64,000 nt of DNA, from the NCBI GenBank assembly GCA_951406725.2, contig OX597822.1, positions 115,072,001-115,136,000 on the forward strand, given 5' to 3'. This DNA comes from Octopus vulgaris (lineage: Eukaryota). Shown here one piece after another: positions 13,560-26,355 of the stretch (positions are counted from its first letter, which is position 1; each line of letters begins with the position of its first letter). Both the position numbers and the translations under genes were made by a program. The notes under the pieces are model-generated. The model was not told the DNA's origin. It searched no databases and worked only from the letters and a program-made list of their open reading frames with translations.

Positions 13560-13906
13560 TTTTATCTTTGAAAAGCAGTGGATGTATTCACTGAATTTAG
13601 GTAAATAATCCTTCGAACAGACGGTCAGTAGCGGCGCCTGCTGGGTTCGGCTGCTCTGCATTGATAAGGGGCAAATACCCTAAAACTAGTCTGCAGATGC
13701 CTGACCAACAAGGGGAAGCGGCTGACCTCCCCTGTTCGAAGGTTATAATGGACACAGGTTCGTGTGTCACATAGAGGCGATGGCCTCTTGGAGATAGTCA
13801 ACGGCAGAATTTGTGACTTATTTCTGGACTGCCATATTAGCTTGGTGATAACTATTAATATATATATATATACATACTTTATTTAAAGCAGCAGAAAATT
13901 CAACAA

Positions 13907-13950
13907 AACCTGTTACTCTGAGTTTCCCGTTGCTGTTCATCGGACAGTTT
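13907..13950 (-). ncRNA. Degenerate minimal type-I hammerhead motif (Penelope pLTR-type), U4C core
   Basis: Minus strand CUGU-CCGAUGA-ACAGCAACGG-GAAAC-UCAGA-GUA-ACAG: stem I CUGU/ACAG, GAAA, near-palindromic stem III and GUA triplet. Stem II is weak. Confidence 0.5.
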
Positions 13951-14299
13951 TTGCTGTCTATGTGTTTACTCCGGTATATATATACATATATATATATATA
14001 CTGTTCCCTTATTGGCAGGATTAACAAAACAACATATTTCATCCAGTAGCAGATGAATATTATTTTACAAACACAGAATTTAAATGTGACCTACTTCAAT
14101 CCTCATGCTCTGATAATGCAGTAATCGAACGAGCTTTTATAACGTCCTGCAATGTATCCTGCAATCTTTCAGGCTCAAAATAAACGTGGCTCTTAGCTAA
14201 GAAAAAGAAAAGGGAGATGAAAGTTGTATTAGTTCAATAACTGCCGAAAAGCACACGCGATTCTTTGATAGGCTGTTGAAAATTTAAGAGATTTTGGGA

Positions 14300-16990
14300 A
14301 ATTGAGATATCTGCCGAAAGTAATACTTCTTTACTTTCCTTAGAACTTGCTAAGTCCACAATAGATATTGCTGCATTATTTGAAGCCCATTTTTCTAGTG
14401 ATGGTTAGCATACTGGAACGAGAGGTGACCATACTATTTTTTGACGTAGAAAAGATGAGCCCGGAGTTAGTTTTGCAATTATGAAAACATAAATCTAATA
14501 TATTACTGAATAACGACCTGACTTAAATTATGGATCTATGTCTATATTTCTGTGCTTTGGTCACTCTGTAACATTGAACGGTTCAATGCACCACTAGAGT
14601 ATGATTGCGATGATGATAAAGCTTTGTTTTATAAGCAACTAAAAGACATTATTCGAAAATGTTTGAATTTGTAGTAATTTCAAAGCACAAGTTGAACATT
14701 TTAAAATATAGGGGCCTTTAGGGCATTATAGGTTAAACAACTGTAACTTTTTACGTTCGCTAGAAATGTGCACAGAATTGAATTTCACTGTTTTGTAACA
14801 CGTTTTTTGATGAAAGATATTCCCAAAGAAATTTGAATGCACCAAAATTCCAGGAAATAATTAGAATAATTAGGTTTGAAAGATATGGGACATGTCTGGG
14901 ATTTACTAAGTTCATACACGAATTAAACTGAATTTCAAAATATGACCCAAAATTAGAAAATGGAAAATTTTCGCTTAGACGGTTTGATGTAAAGTAATAG
15001 AAAATATTTGTCAGGCATGGATACTAACCAAATGGAATTTCTTCGAAAACATGATTTTAAAAGTATTGAAGGTTACGAAGTCGCCAAAGCAAAGCCTTGT
15101 TTGACGACAATAATAATTCTATAGAAAGCTTATTACCCTTGCAAAGAGATCAGCGTTAACAACAAGTTTATTTGGCTAATATAAAACTACTAAGCTACAG
15201 ATTCAGAAGGAAATCAGAGGCATAAAAATAAGTGGTGGATTAAACGTGTCTGTGATCTTCAGAAAGAGGATATTAAGAAACTTAGCTCTCTTATAAATCA
15301 AGTTTATGGTCCTTACTAAATTTCTTGTGCTTTCATTAGGTTAAGGATGGTAAAACATTCATCAATGATCCAAATAAGATCCTGCAATAGCAGCAAGAAT
15401 ATTTTAGTGATCTGTTAAATTGCTTCAAGCAAGTCCTTTTTGGAACTCGTAAAGCAGCTTCCAATAAAACACTTTATGATCCATCTACTTTCAGTTAATT
15501 ATGAGATATTTTGTGCAAACTTGAATTGGAAATGGTTCTGGTATTGATGGTATTCCGGCAGAATGACTGAAGTTTAAGGGAAATAGGATGCTGGATCTTC
15601 TGGACAATATTTATGAATGCCCATAATGAATAGGAAAATGATACAGGTCCACACACATGCATCGTACAAAAGAAAATGTGGTAACGTTATATGGTACTTC
15701 AATTCCTACGCTTTTTTCACCGAAATATTGCTGAGAAAATTTAAGAATTATTCTAATAGACGCGCATTCAACGCGTTAGAGTATTCCTTTTTCCTGAGTT
15801 TCAACCATGTTCGAGGAACCAATGATATTTCAGTTTGTCAAATACAACAGAAATGCTTTTGAACAGATGTTTCATTTTTTTTTTTTTTCTTCATTGACCT
15901 CATCAAGACATTTGATTTTGTGAAACTTGGTGCTTTAGGAAGAATTATCAGAAATGTTCGCTGCCCTGACAAATTTGCAAATGTAATCAAGTAGTTTCCA
16001 AGGAGAAATGAGAACATGTGTTCTAATTGGGGTAGAATAACCGGAAACATTTTCACTCAGGGCTGGTGTAAAAGAGGATGATATAATTGCTACTATTTCA
16101 TTTGCTCCATGCTTCACAATAATTTTTTAAAAAAAACATTTTCAAAGAATACCCTGAAGATATTTATACATCTTTTATTTTTTTTATTTTATTTTACTTG
16201 TTTCACTTGTTTCAGTCATCAACAGTGCAACCATACTGGAACACCGCTCTGAATGAAGGGGCTTTAGTCGAGCAAATCGATCCCATGACTTATTTTTTAA
16301 AAAATCCGATACTTATTCTATCGGTCACTTTTGCTGAACCGATAAGTTACGGAGATGTAAACACACAAACACCAGGTGACAAATACAGACAAAAAGATAC
16401 ACAAACATATATAGACACCCACACATATGCTTGTATTCTTTAATTTGTTTCAGCCATTTGACTGCGGCCATGCTAGAGGATCATATATATATATGTGTGT
16501 GTGTGTGTGTGCGTGTAGGCTATATTAAATCTCTGGGCGAGATATAAACAGTAACAATACGGAATCGTAACATATAATTGCCAACCGAGTGTGGCGTCCT
16601 ATATAGGACAGTGCTACTGACGCTTATAGCCCCAGGAAGAAATCTCCTCCAGCTGGCTAACGACACACATTTTGTGTCCGATGATTAGTGTATATATATA
16701 TATACACGACGGTCTTCTAGTTTCTGTCTACCAAATCCACTCACAAGGCTTTGGTTAGCCCGAGGCTATTGTAGAAGACACACCCAAGGTGCCTCATTGT
16801 GAGACTGAACCTGGAATCATGTGGTTGCCAAGTAAGCTTCTTACCACACAGCTACGCCTGCGCCCCTATTGTACAGAACAATTGGTAAGTTATTCAAATT
16901 AAAATGGCTTAACTGTAAATCGCACATTCTTGCATCACCCATTAGAGATCTCTTGTTTACAGTGAAGTTCTTGCACACATCGGGAAAATT
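14300..16990 (+). mobile_element. Old RTE-clade LINE (APE endonuclease + RT) pseudogene, interrupted by SINEs at ~16190-16865
   Basis: ELAKSTIDIAALFEAHF...GVSFAI (APE), GIDGIPAE, FIDLIKTFDFV...RCPDKF and GVKEDDIIA. Resumes after the SINE with YRTIGKLFKLKWL...IRDLLF (cf. YRTDGKLFNLRRL...IRDLLFADD). Confidence 0.75.
16190..16865 (-). mobile_element. CORE-like tRNA SINE with additional internal insertions
   Basis: 3' end tacttgtttcagtc... at ~16195; 5' end ccacacagctacgcctgcgcc at ~16845-16864. Confidence 0.75.
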
Positions 16991-17309
16991 CTTCGAATTT
17001 TGGGGAATGTAACATGCTACAGCTCACAATAAATCTTGATAAGATTTTTCTCTATCGGCCTAGCTCGTTATCATTTTTGAGTAGACCATGGAAATATATA
17101 TTTCTATAAATGTCTTATCTGTATGTTAAACGATAAAAAAAAATTTCAAATAAAAATTCAAAATTCATAGATATCCACAAAATTTCCGTCAATCAACTTT
17201 CTCTAATAAAACTTTGGTCGTTCCGAGGCTAAGGCAGAGGACAGTTGGTCAAGGTATTGTATTATGAGATCAAAACCTGAATGCACGAGTAGCAACACAA
17301 TTTGCATTT

Positions 17310-17625
17310 TACTTGCTGCTTTTGGAGGAGCCCTTAGTGCTCTGCTAGACCGGCGAGATTGATGTTCCTCTTGGACTTGTGTAAATCAAATAAGCAACAG
17401 CAACAAAAGCTTGTACCGAAAAGAAGTTCCAGAAGGATGACACTCTGGGAAGAAGGAGCGGGAATATTAATGCTTCAATGAGAAGAGGCGAAATTAGTGG
17501 CTTGGGAATACCTGATTGGAGGATGCAGTACCAAGAAACAGAGGTCATTGTGGTAGTGGTAGAAAAAGCTGATAGAGAAGACCGCTCTTGTTGAAAAGCG
17601 GCTGGAGCGTGTCTACGAAAAACTT
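17310..17625 (-). mobile_element. Degraded 3' end of a CR1/Jockey-type LINE
   Basis: Minus-strand LLPRVSSFWNFF resembles the C-terminal FxPRTxxLWNxLP motif. Confidence 0.4.
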
Positions 17626-17629
17626 GGGA

Positions 17630-17845
17630 GTAATGACAGAATGGTTAGCGCGCCGGGCGAAATGCTTAGCAGTATTTCGTCTGCCACAACGTTCTGAGTT
17701 CAAATTCCGCCGAGGTCGACTTTGCCTTTCATCCTTTCGGGGTCGATTAAATAAGTACCAGTTACGCACTGGGGTCGATGTAATCGACTTAATACCTTTG
17801 TCTGTCCCCTCTATGTTTAGCCCTCGGTGGGCAATAAAGAATTTT
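17630..17845 (+). mobile_element. tRNA-derived SINE with Meta-like central domain
   Basis: A/B-box-like head (gagttcaaattcc) followed by gtcgactttgcctttcatcctttcggggtcgat...aagtaccag. Confidence 0.85.
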
Positions 17846-18560
17846 TTATTTATTTTGTAGATATCTGTGTATAGCCCAGCTACAACGTCTCTGATGCGAG
17901 ACTATTATTACCTCATCTTGAGCCTGAACATTTGCTGGGAAGTATGTGGAACGAGAGAAGGGGAGGGAGAGAGTATGCAGGTGAACTGAGATTAGGTAAA
18001 GGGGTTCGTGTTGTGTTCGTAAGGTGAAACAGAGTGATGTTAAGGAAAGGAATAGGAACAGAGGCAAAAAACACACGGGGAAGAGGAAAATCGTCGGTAA
18101 GCAAGTAGAGCGTGCGTGATCTAGTGATGTCGTGATCACCATCATCATCATCATCGTCGTCATCATCATTATGAAGTTGGTGGACAGGCAATTGAGAAGA
18201 TGATGAGAATGCGAATCTAATAATGTTAATATCTGGTGATGGTGAAGGCCTTCATGCTTCGAAGCAACTACATTGCCACGAAGCAGAGTGACAGTGATGG
18301 CTTTGAGAATTGCGGACATTATAGCGGTTTGATAATGGTGGGGTTGATGATAATGATGACGGTGGTGGTGGTGGTGGTGGTGGTGGTGGTGGTGATAGTC
18401 GAAGAAGGGTGATGGTGGCGTTATAGTAAAGGCGTTGTCTGCTGCTCATCTTGTAAGGTAGTTTACTGACACACTTCATCTCATCCTCAGGCACATAAAA
18501 ATCCCATTTGTCAGTTTTGTCTGCTTTTTGAATTCTCTGTGTATAAGTGTGTATGTATAT

Positions 18561-18636
<76 letters not shown>

Positions 18637-18733
18637 ATACATATATACATACATATCCTTCATATAAACAAATTATTACCTCTATATCCGCTCAACTTGA
18701 TCCCTCTTACACACATGAGTGTATGTATGTGTA

Positions 18734-18812
<79 letters not shown>

Positions 18813-19013
18813 ATGTATGTATGTGTGTATGTATGTATGTATGTACATGTCTGTATAACCACCAGAATCTCTAAATTGCTGCCTGAGTACGCAGGTATAT
18901 CCGACTTATCTACCTATCTACATACCTACCTATTCCTCCATCTATCAACCAATCTATCTATCCATGACGCTCTCTCTCTCTCTCTCTACCTATCTCTCTA
19001 CCTATCTATCTTT

Positions 19014-19049
<36 letters not shown>

Positions 19050-19341
19050 ATGTCTGTTTGTCTGTTTATGACCATCTATCTGTATTTATTTATCTATCTA
19101 TTTGCATGCCGATATCTTGCTCACTCCTCCTTTATCTCTCCCACTCACACACAAACACGCACGCGCGCGCACACACACATACACGCATACGCACACACAC
19201 GCATACACGCATACGCACACACACACGCATACACGCATACACGCATGCTCACTCAACATAATGCAAACCAGATGCTGTTCTTAATTTATGTCAACAATTT
19301 CACCAATTTTTATATTCATTCTTTTATATTTATATATATAT

Positions 19342-19426
<85 letters not shown>

Positions 19427-20064
19427 CGCACACTATTTTTTTTTAAAATAAAAAAATGTTACGTTGGCATGGTAACATCTAACAGAATTTTACTTATTTC
19501 TTTACATTTTTGTTGTCTTTTTATAAACTTACCACTCCGCCTATTTTCACACTCTTTATTTATTTGTTGATGGTGCGGCTGGCTGTAACATCAGATTTCA
19601 GGGTAACGCACCATGTTTAGTGATGCGGGATACGAAACAACGTCAAGATATGCCAGCAATACCGTTTGTTTTGGAAAGGGTTTCTTTTCTCTCTTCTTTT
19701 ACTTGTTTTCTTTTTCTTTTCTTTTTGTACTCATCTTCTCTTTTTCTGCGAGCATTTTTTCCTTTTTTTTATTTTTTTTTCATATTTTATGCTTGTACGT
19801 GGGTGTAGTGGCTTATGATTACGTTACCCAAATCAATTAATTAGCAATGCGGCGTATCTACGATTTCAGAGATGAGGATGATGTTGATGATGTTGATGAT
19901 GTTGATGATGAAGAATAGGAGAGCGAGGATGATGATGTGTACGATTATCAGGGTGGTAGTGGTGGTGATGGTGACGGTTTGGCTGCTTGTAGTGGGAGGG
20001 TTAAAACGATGAACGACATGAATTCCTACGATACCCACCATTTCCTCCGTTAATTTGATACTTC

Positions 20065-20158
20065 CTTATCATCATCATCATCATCACCACCATCATCATC
20101 ATCACCACCATCATCATCATCACCACCATCATCATCATCACCACCATCATCATCACCA

Positions 20159-20189
<31 letters not shown>

Positions 20190-20262
20190 CATCATCGTTG
20201 TCGTCGCCGTTATTATTATCATTACCTCATTGTTGTTGTCGTCATCATCTATATTATCACGA

Positions 20263-20303
<41 letters not shown>

Positions 20304-20532
20304 ATTATCATTGTCTCATCGTCACCAAAGTTGCCATCATCATCAGCAGTAGCACCACCACTACCTACCACCACCACCACCACCACCACCACCACCACCA
20401 CCACCACCACCACCACCACCACCACCACTACATCCTAACATGACCACCACCACCACCACTACCGCCACCACCACTACATCCTAACATGACCATCACCACC
20501 ACCACCACCACCACCACTACCTACTACCACTA
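20065..20532. repeat. Compound trinucleotide microsatellite (CAT/CAC/CAG)
   Basis: Directly visible; includes a duplicated ccactacatcctaacatgacca unit. Confidence 0.9.
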
Positions 20533-20583
20533 AAAAGCGAGGGGCTAAAAGAATCCTGTCCATAACCATTTCATCCTTCTTGT

Positions 20584-20615
<32 letters not shown>

Positions 20616-20666
20616 GTGTAGGAAGAAATGGAGCTGAACGAAGACTTAACAAAATTCCTTTTTATT

Positions 20667-20752
20667 ATTTTCTACATATGTTTCAAAGGCTGCAAAATCC
20701 CTAATTCGGATTGAATAAGGAGTCCATTTTGCAGCCTTCTCTTCAGGAAAAT
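20667..20752 (-). ncRNA. Mirror-image hammerhead ribozyme in the inverted arm
   Basis: Reverse complement of 20888-20973 with one substitution in the stem II extension. Confidence 0.78.
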
Positions 20753-20887
20753 CCAGGAACTTAATTCTCCAACAAAATGCACAGCAAGCTTTTCGAGGAG
20801 CCCATGGAATAAATTTATTCCATGGGCTCCTCGTGAGCGTTTGTCGAAAAGCTTGCTGTGCATTTTGTTGGAGAATTAAGTTCCTGG

Positions 20888-20973
20888 ATTTTCCTGAAGA
20901 GAAGGCTGCAAAATGGACTCCTTATTCAATCCGAATTAGGGACTTTGCAGCCTTTGAAACATATGTAGAAAAT
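20888..20973 (+). ncRNA. Type-I hammerhead ribozyme, canonical core, predicted GUA cleavage after 20967
   Basis: AUUUUC-CUGAAGA-GAAGGCUGCAAA...UUUGCAGCCUUU-GAAAC-AUAU-GUA-GAAAAU: 6-bp stem I, long stem II and palindromic stem III ACAUAUGU. Confidence 0.8.
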
Positions 20974-21177
20974 AATAAAAAGGAATTTTGTTAAGTCTTC
21001 GTTCAGCTCCATTTCTTCCTACACTAAATATATAAAACTTCAAATTTCCGCACTAAGGCACGGATTTTAGACCCCATGGTCGTAACCTCAACCGTGCTTT
21101 TTCTATTGTGATTTTTGCTACCCAGGTATCGGTTATCATTTGAATAATCCGTAATAAGATAATTCATTTATCTACTT

Positions 21178-21217
<40 letters not shown>

Positions 21218-21447
21218 CATTATATAAAAGTAGTTCAGGATACAATAATTTAATGATATATATATTGTGATATATATATTGTGATTTGAGACTGGCAGAT
21301 CAAGCATCCATGCTGAAGATCTCTGCGCCTTTCATTTGAACTTCAGTCGGTGTTGTTGTTCTTGTTCTTGTTCTTGTTCTTGTCGTCGTCGTTGTCGTAG
21401 TTATTTGTGCCCTGATGAAAGAAACCAAAGACTAAAAGTATTCCATA

Positions 21448-21587
21448 GGCGCAGGAGTGGCTGTGTGATAAGTAGCTTGCTTACAAACCACATGTTTTCG
21501 GGTTCAGTCCCACTGCGTGGCACCTTGGGCAAGTGTCTTCTTCTATAGCCTCGGGCCGACCAAAGTCTTTAGAAACTGAAAGAAGCC

Positions 21588-21634
<47 letters not shown>

Positions 21635-21862
21635 TGTGTGTGTGTGTGCGTGTGTGTCTGTGTTTGTCCCCCTAACATCGCTTGTCAACCGATGCTGGTG
21701 TGTTTACGTCCCCGTAAATTAGCGATTCGGCAAAAGAGACCGATAGAATAAGTACTAGGCATATAAAGAATAATACCTAGGGTCGATTTGCTCAACTAAA
21801 GGCAGTACTCCAGCATGGCCGCAGTCAAATGACTGAAACAAGTAAAAGAGTCAAGAGAGTAG
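21448..21862 (+). mobile_element. Near full-length CORE-like tRNA SINE with internal (TA)n(TG)n
   Basis: ggcgcaggagtggctgtgtg (A box), gggttcagtccc (B box), ccttgggcaagtgtctt (CORE-like), tail gactgaaacaagtaaaagag. Confidence 0.85.
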
Positions 21863-21875
21863 CAAGGATCATCCA

Positions 21876-23075
21876 TTGGGTTATCTGATAAATCCGTTCA
21901 TGTCTTCCAGTGTTATTTGAATGAACTCGAAAAATATTTTTATCGCATTTTATGGGTTTTGAAGATTTAGTCTTCCTCTACAACTTTTGTTTAGCGCTTT
22001 TGAAATTTGAATAAGCTTTACCTTTTTCCAGACACTTGATGACAGAGTAGAAAGAACATTGTCTATACCCGCTTCTCTTCGCTTTCAATCAAGTTTCCAG
22101 ACTTGTCCAAGTCATTTCTGCTGTGTACGGAGAAAGCGTTATTGCTAAAAGAACTGCAAAGAGACGTGGCGGGATGGGACATTTCATCCCAACAAGAAAT
22201 AATTTCCATCTCACATACTCTCCGCATTTCGGGAGACCGATTCAGTTCAATGATGATTGATTGAACGAGATCAAAAAATGGGATTCTCGCCGATTCTACA
22301 AGGGAATTGGCCCAGCAGATCAGATGCTTTCATAATGCTGTCTACTTCCAGCTTCCCTCGATGGGTAAGGTCCAAAAACACCGTTTATGGGTACCACACG
22401 ATCTCAACGAAAGGGTCAAATTCGGGCAGTCATCTCTCACCGCTACTTTGTTCTGTCGACCAATTCTACTTGTGGACTCCAACAGAGATTTCTTTACTGC
22501 ATCGTCACCGCCAATAAAAAAGTGTTGTCTTTACGTCATTACAAAGAAGAGGAAAGAATGGCTGAATCCTGATAAACAAGCCACGACTCGAGCCAAACCA
22601 GAGCTTCATCCGTGCAACACAGTGATCTGCTTTTGGTGGGATTAGGAAAGGCTAATCTTCTACGAAATACTTGAAAACAACTACACGGTCATTGCAAAGC
22701 TTTATGTTCAGCAAACACAGTTGCTCAACGAAGCAGTCCAGTTGAAACGACTCAACCCACAACATGGCGTACTTTTTCAACACGACAATGCTCACTCCCA
22801 CGTCGATAATTTGACCAAAAATTCTATTGAAGAACTCGGTTGGGAAGTTCTGTTGCACCCACTGTATTCTCCTGGTATGGTACCTTGGGATGATTACCTT
22901 TTTTGGCCGCACTCCAACAGTCTGCGAAGAATTTCGGTGAATAACAGTGTAAAGCTGCAAACATGACTTGTGTAATTCTACGAGACAAACCCGGTGAATT
23001 CTACCGTCAAGCCATTGACAAAATAAGGAACCAGGAAGAAGTTATGAACAATAAAGGAAAATATATAATTGAATT
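21876..23075 (+). mobile_element. Degraded mariner transposon
   Basis: LWVPHDLNE, CIVTANKK (cf. IVTGDEKW), KPELHP, FWWD, FQHDNAHSH and HPLYSPGMVPWDDYLF. TIR-like ttgggttatctgataaatcc at ~21876. Confidence 0.85.
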
Positions 23076-23394
23076 TGTTTTTGTCTTTGGTTTGCAAGAA
23101 TCTTGATGTGAATTCGCGTGTAGAAGCAAATCTTGTTTTATGGTAGGGTCATTATGCTAGTTACACACACACACTGGGCGTCTTTCATTTTCCGTTTACC
23201 GAATCCACTCACAAGGTTTTGGTCAGCTAGAGACTGTGATGTGGCACTGAATCTAATACGACATAGTTCGGAAGCAAGCTTTTTGACCAAGTAGACATGC
23301 ATATGCCTACAGGCCACACTCGTACCAATTGCAATGCTTGCTTATACCATCACCACGACATAACTTCTAATACAAGAATGTCGGAAGATGAACG

Positions 23395-23770
23395 CTTAAG
23401 TTTCAGTAGCCAAAAACATTGTGGTTAATCGTTTCTTTCCAGCTTTCATATATATTGACGTTACATACTTATGACAGGTTCTTCTGTTGCAATCAATCAC
23501 CCTCCAGCCTCAGCTTTGAATTCTGGGCTTCTCAGTTAATTTCCTTTCAATAATTACACCATGCCCAGCAGTTTTTCTATTTTTGTCCTATGTTTTAGCT
23601 TTGTAGGGCTTTTCTTGCGATCGTTTCATCATGGTGTTCAATGGTCTCAAATTTAATTTAGATTTTAGCTTTTGCACAATTTCTCCCTCCTCAACACTGC
23701 CTCTTATTTCAGCTTCTTTTTGATATTTGTTGGTGTCTTTGAAGACAGAAAACAGATGTTTGTTTTATTA
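23395..23770 (-). mobile_element. Old R4/Dong-like C-terminal remnant
   Basis: Hand translation gives SKLRLEG... (cf. LKAETEG) and KETINHNVFGY (cf. ETINHIISSC in the 44603-46225 ORF). Confidence 0.45.
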
Positions 23771-25092
23771 ATGATTTTTAACTATTTGTGTCAGCTTTGC
23801 GTTATTTGTTTCGAGATATTTTTTGCCTGTCTTCTATCGTGATTATGTTTTGATGTGGGCGATAAATTTGCAGAATCGTTTGACTGCGGTATTCGTTCCG
23901 GATCTCTGTTCACTGAGTTCCAATCACACCGAGACCATTTTCTTTTTCTTTTCGGGTTTCAGAAATAAAGCAATAGGCCTGTGCTTGAGCAGATCCTTCT
24001 ATCTCACTGACCCTTGAATTGCACCTGTAATTCAAAAGTTCAGTCTTTTCACATTATGTCCAGATGATTCGTCCCGAGAATTACGCTTATAGAATACGTG
24101 ACTGGAATACTCAGCCACTTACACGTTAATTACACCGGTAACGACTGAATGTTCCTCGTCCAAACCGACAGAAGATCTATCGTTTAATAGAAAAGTTTTC
24201 ATGTAGTTGGACTGAACCTGCACAGATGTACTTGCGTAGCAAACCGCTTGAGCAGAAGGTTCTGACGGCACCCAATGCTTCATTGTCAGAGATAAGACTT
24301 CAACTGTAACCGATTCCAGTTGCTTTCTCTTTCTGAAATGAGAGTCAAACTAACTGAAATTCAATACAATATAAAGGGAGAGCTTCTAATTGGGTTCTCT
24401 TTGACCTCTTAGAAATAATAGCCAGATTCTTTCAATTCTCATACTAACGTTTTAAAAGAGAAAGGACGCATTGGATGGTGCACACTTAGATCTACAAAAG
24501 TGAAACTGTGTGGCTTAGTGGCAATGATGCTAGGCTCAGGATCGTTCGGTCGTGGATTCGGAGTGTTGTATTGTACCTGTGAACAAGACACTGACGTCTA
24601 TGTTACTCCGGTATATTCAACTAAAAACTAGTACCAGTGACACATAGGTGCCCTGGTACAGACTGGTTTTCTGGCTCTCTTGTTTTCTGACTCAGACTGA
24701 CTGTCGGTTGGGAGATGGAAAGTCTTGTTCTGTCAGTCTAATCGCCTTGAAAATCGTTATGATCTTCGCTTTCATGATGCTGTAGGATGGATGTGACGTC
24801 TTTACATTTCCTAAAATATGGGATGGTCTTAGCCAGAAGGACTTAGACTAACCAACAGCAGTGAGATTTGTTTAAGTCTTTAAACATTTAAACAGGAAAT
24901 GCTTTTGTAGCTATGTTGTATGGTTTGCATTAGCCTTCATGATCAAGGCCATACTGGAACCTCACCTTCCATATCTAACCATTACTTTCATTGATTTATA
25001 TTTTTTCTGTTTTTTTTTCTCTTACATTTCATTTTTCTTCCGTTGCTAACATTTTGATTTCGGGGCATTAAATGTTTGCTTATATTTCTTGT

Positions 25093-25177
<85 letters not shown>

Positions 25178-25469
25178 GTATGTATGTATTTATAGTGGTT
25201 TTATGAGCGAGTATTTGCAAATGGAATATGTTTACGTAAATGTGGGTTTGTGGGTGTATATGTATACATATATTTTTGTTTGTTTGTGTATGAGTATGGT
25301 TATACATGTATGTAAAGATTAATATAAAGGTATACAGGTGTGTATATGCTTGTTTACTTGTTTGTGCTTAGGTGCACACGTGTGTATTATGAATGGTTTT
25401 TTTGTGCGCATCTCCGTCGGTGTATATTCGTGTATATAACTTATAACCAGTAAAACCTCTTTGCAAATG

Positions 25470-25836
25470 TACTTTCGTACATATTATGGACGTCTGTACT
25501 ATTGTAATATTTCCATCAATGAAGCTGATGAGCTGGTAAAATCGTTAGCACGCCGGGCAAAATTCTCGGTGGCATTTCGTCTATCAAATTCCATCGGGAT
25601 CGACTTGGCCTTTCGTCCTTTTTTGGGTCGTTAAAATAAGTACCAGTTAATCACTGTAATCGATTTACCCCTGCCCCGAAATTGCTGGCCTAGTACCAAA
25701 ACTTGAAAACAATATTTCTGTCACTGTACTATCCATGTCTACTTCCGTACATATTAAGAACGTCTGTACTATTGTAATATTTCCATCAATCAAGGTGATG
25801 AGCTGGTAAAATCGCTAACACACCGGGCAAAATTCT
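25470..25836 (+). repeat. Partial tandem duplication (period ~270 bp) containing a degenerate Meta-like SINE
   Basis: tact(t/c)cgtacatatta..gacgtctgtactattgtaatatttccatcaat...gagctggtaaaatcg occurs at 25470 and 25740. Confidence 0.85.
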
Positions 25837-26057
25837 TCTTATGACGATTTAATTCAGTAGTATGAATTGTAACAAATCCTAAGGCCTCCACTCCTCACGG
25901 CTTATCTTTCTCTGCATCATCATAATTCTTCGGAAGGCCTCGGACCTGAACAACCTATATTTACTATGAAAGAACACTTGTTAATGTAATCAATCTCATC
26001 TTTCTGAACTGATAATATTGCCCAAGCAAAACGTGAAACCCGATAAAGTTCGGCACT

Positions 26058-26355
26058 TATTATTTATGCGCCCTTTTCAAGCCTAGTCAGGCTCATGGGC
26101 CCGGTTTCCCGGTTTCTATGGCGTATGTGTTCCCCCCAGCTGAACGGGACGCTAGTCCATCGCAGCGTTACTCAAGAAACAAGAAGAAAGAGAGAGAAAG
26201 TTGCGGCGAAAGAGTACAACAGGGGTCTCCACCAACCCCTGTCGGAGCCTCGTGGAGCTTTAGGTGTTTTCGCTCAATAAACACACACATCGCCCGGTCT
26301 GGGAATCGAAACCACGATCCTCCGACCTCGAGTCCGCTGCCTTAACCACTGGGCC
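26058..26355 (-). mobile_element. tRNA-derived SINE with 15-bp TSD
   Basis: Minus head GGCCCAGTGGTTAAGGCAGCGGACTCGAGGTCGGAGGATCGTGGTTTCGATTCCC. TSD ATAAAGTTCGGCACT at 26043-26057 and 26356-26370. Confidence 0.9.

Larger units (their letters stand above)
20606..21185 (+). mobile_element. Penelope-like pLTR-type insertion: forward copy 20814-21185 with an inverted duplicate 20606-20813, inside a (TA)n tract
   Basis: 191-bp outer arms (20606-20796 / 20844-21034) with one mismatch, a perfect 40-bp central palindrome (20794-20833), a hammerhead in each arm and TA runs on both flanks. Confidence 0.75.

Noticed and set aside
18420-18540. Possible minus-strand host exon ([23 protein letters not shown])
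   Set aside because: No recognisable homology, weak splice signals and no partner exons; it would need RNA-seq or tBLASTn support.
18528-19451. 307-aa ORF and the many similar YI/VC/HT-rich ORFs
   Set aside because: These are translations of dinucleotide microsatellites with no stop in frame and no protein-like content.
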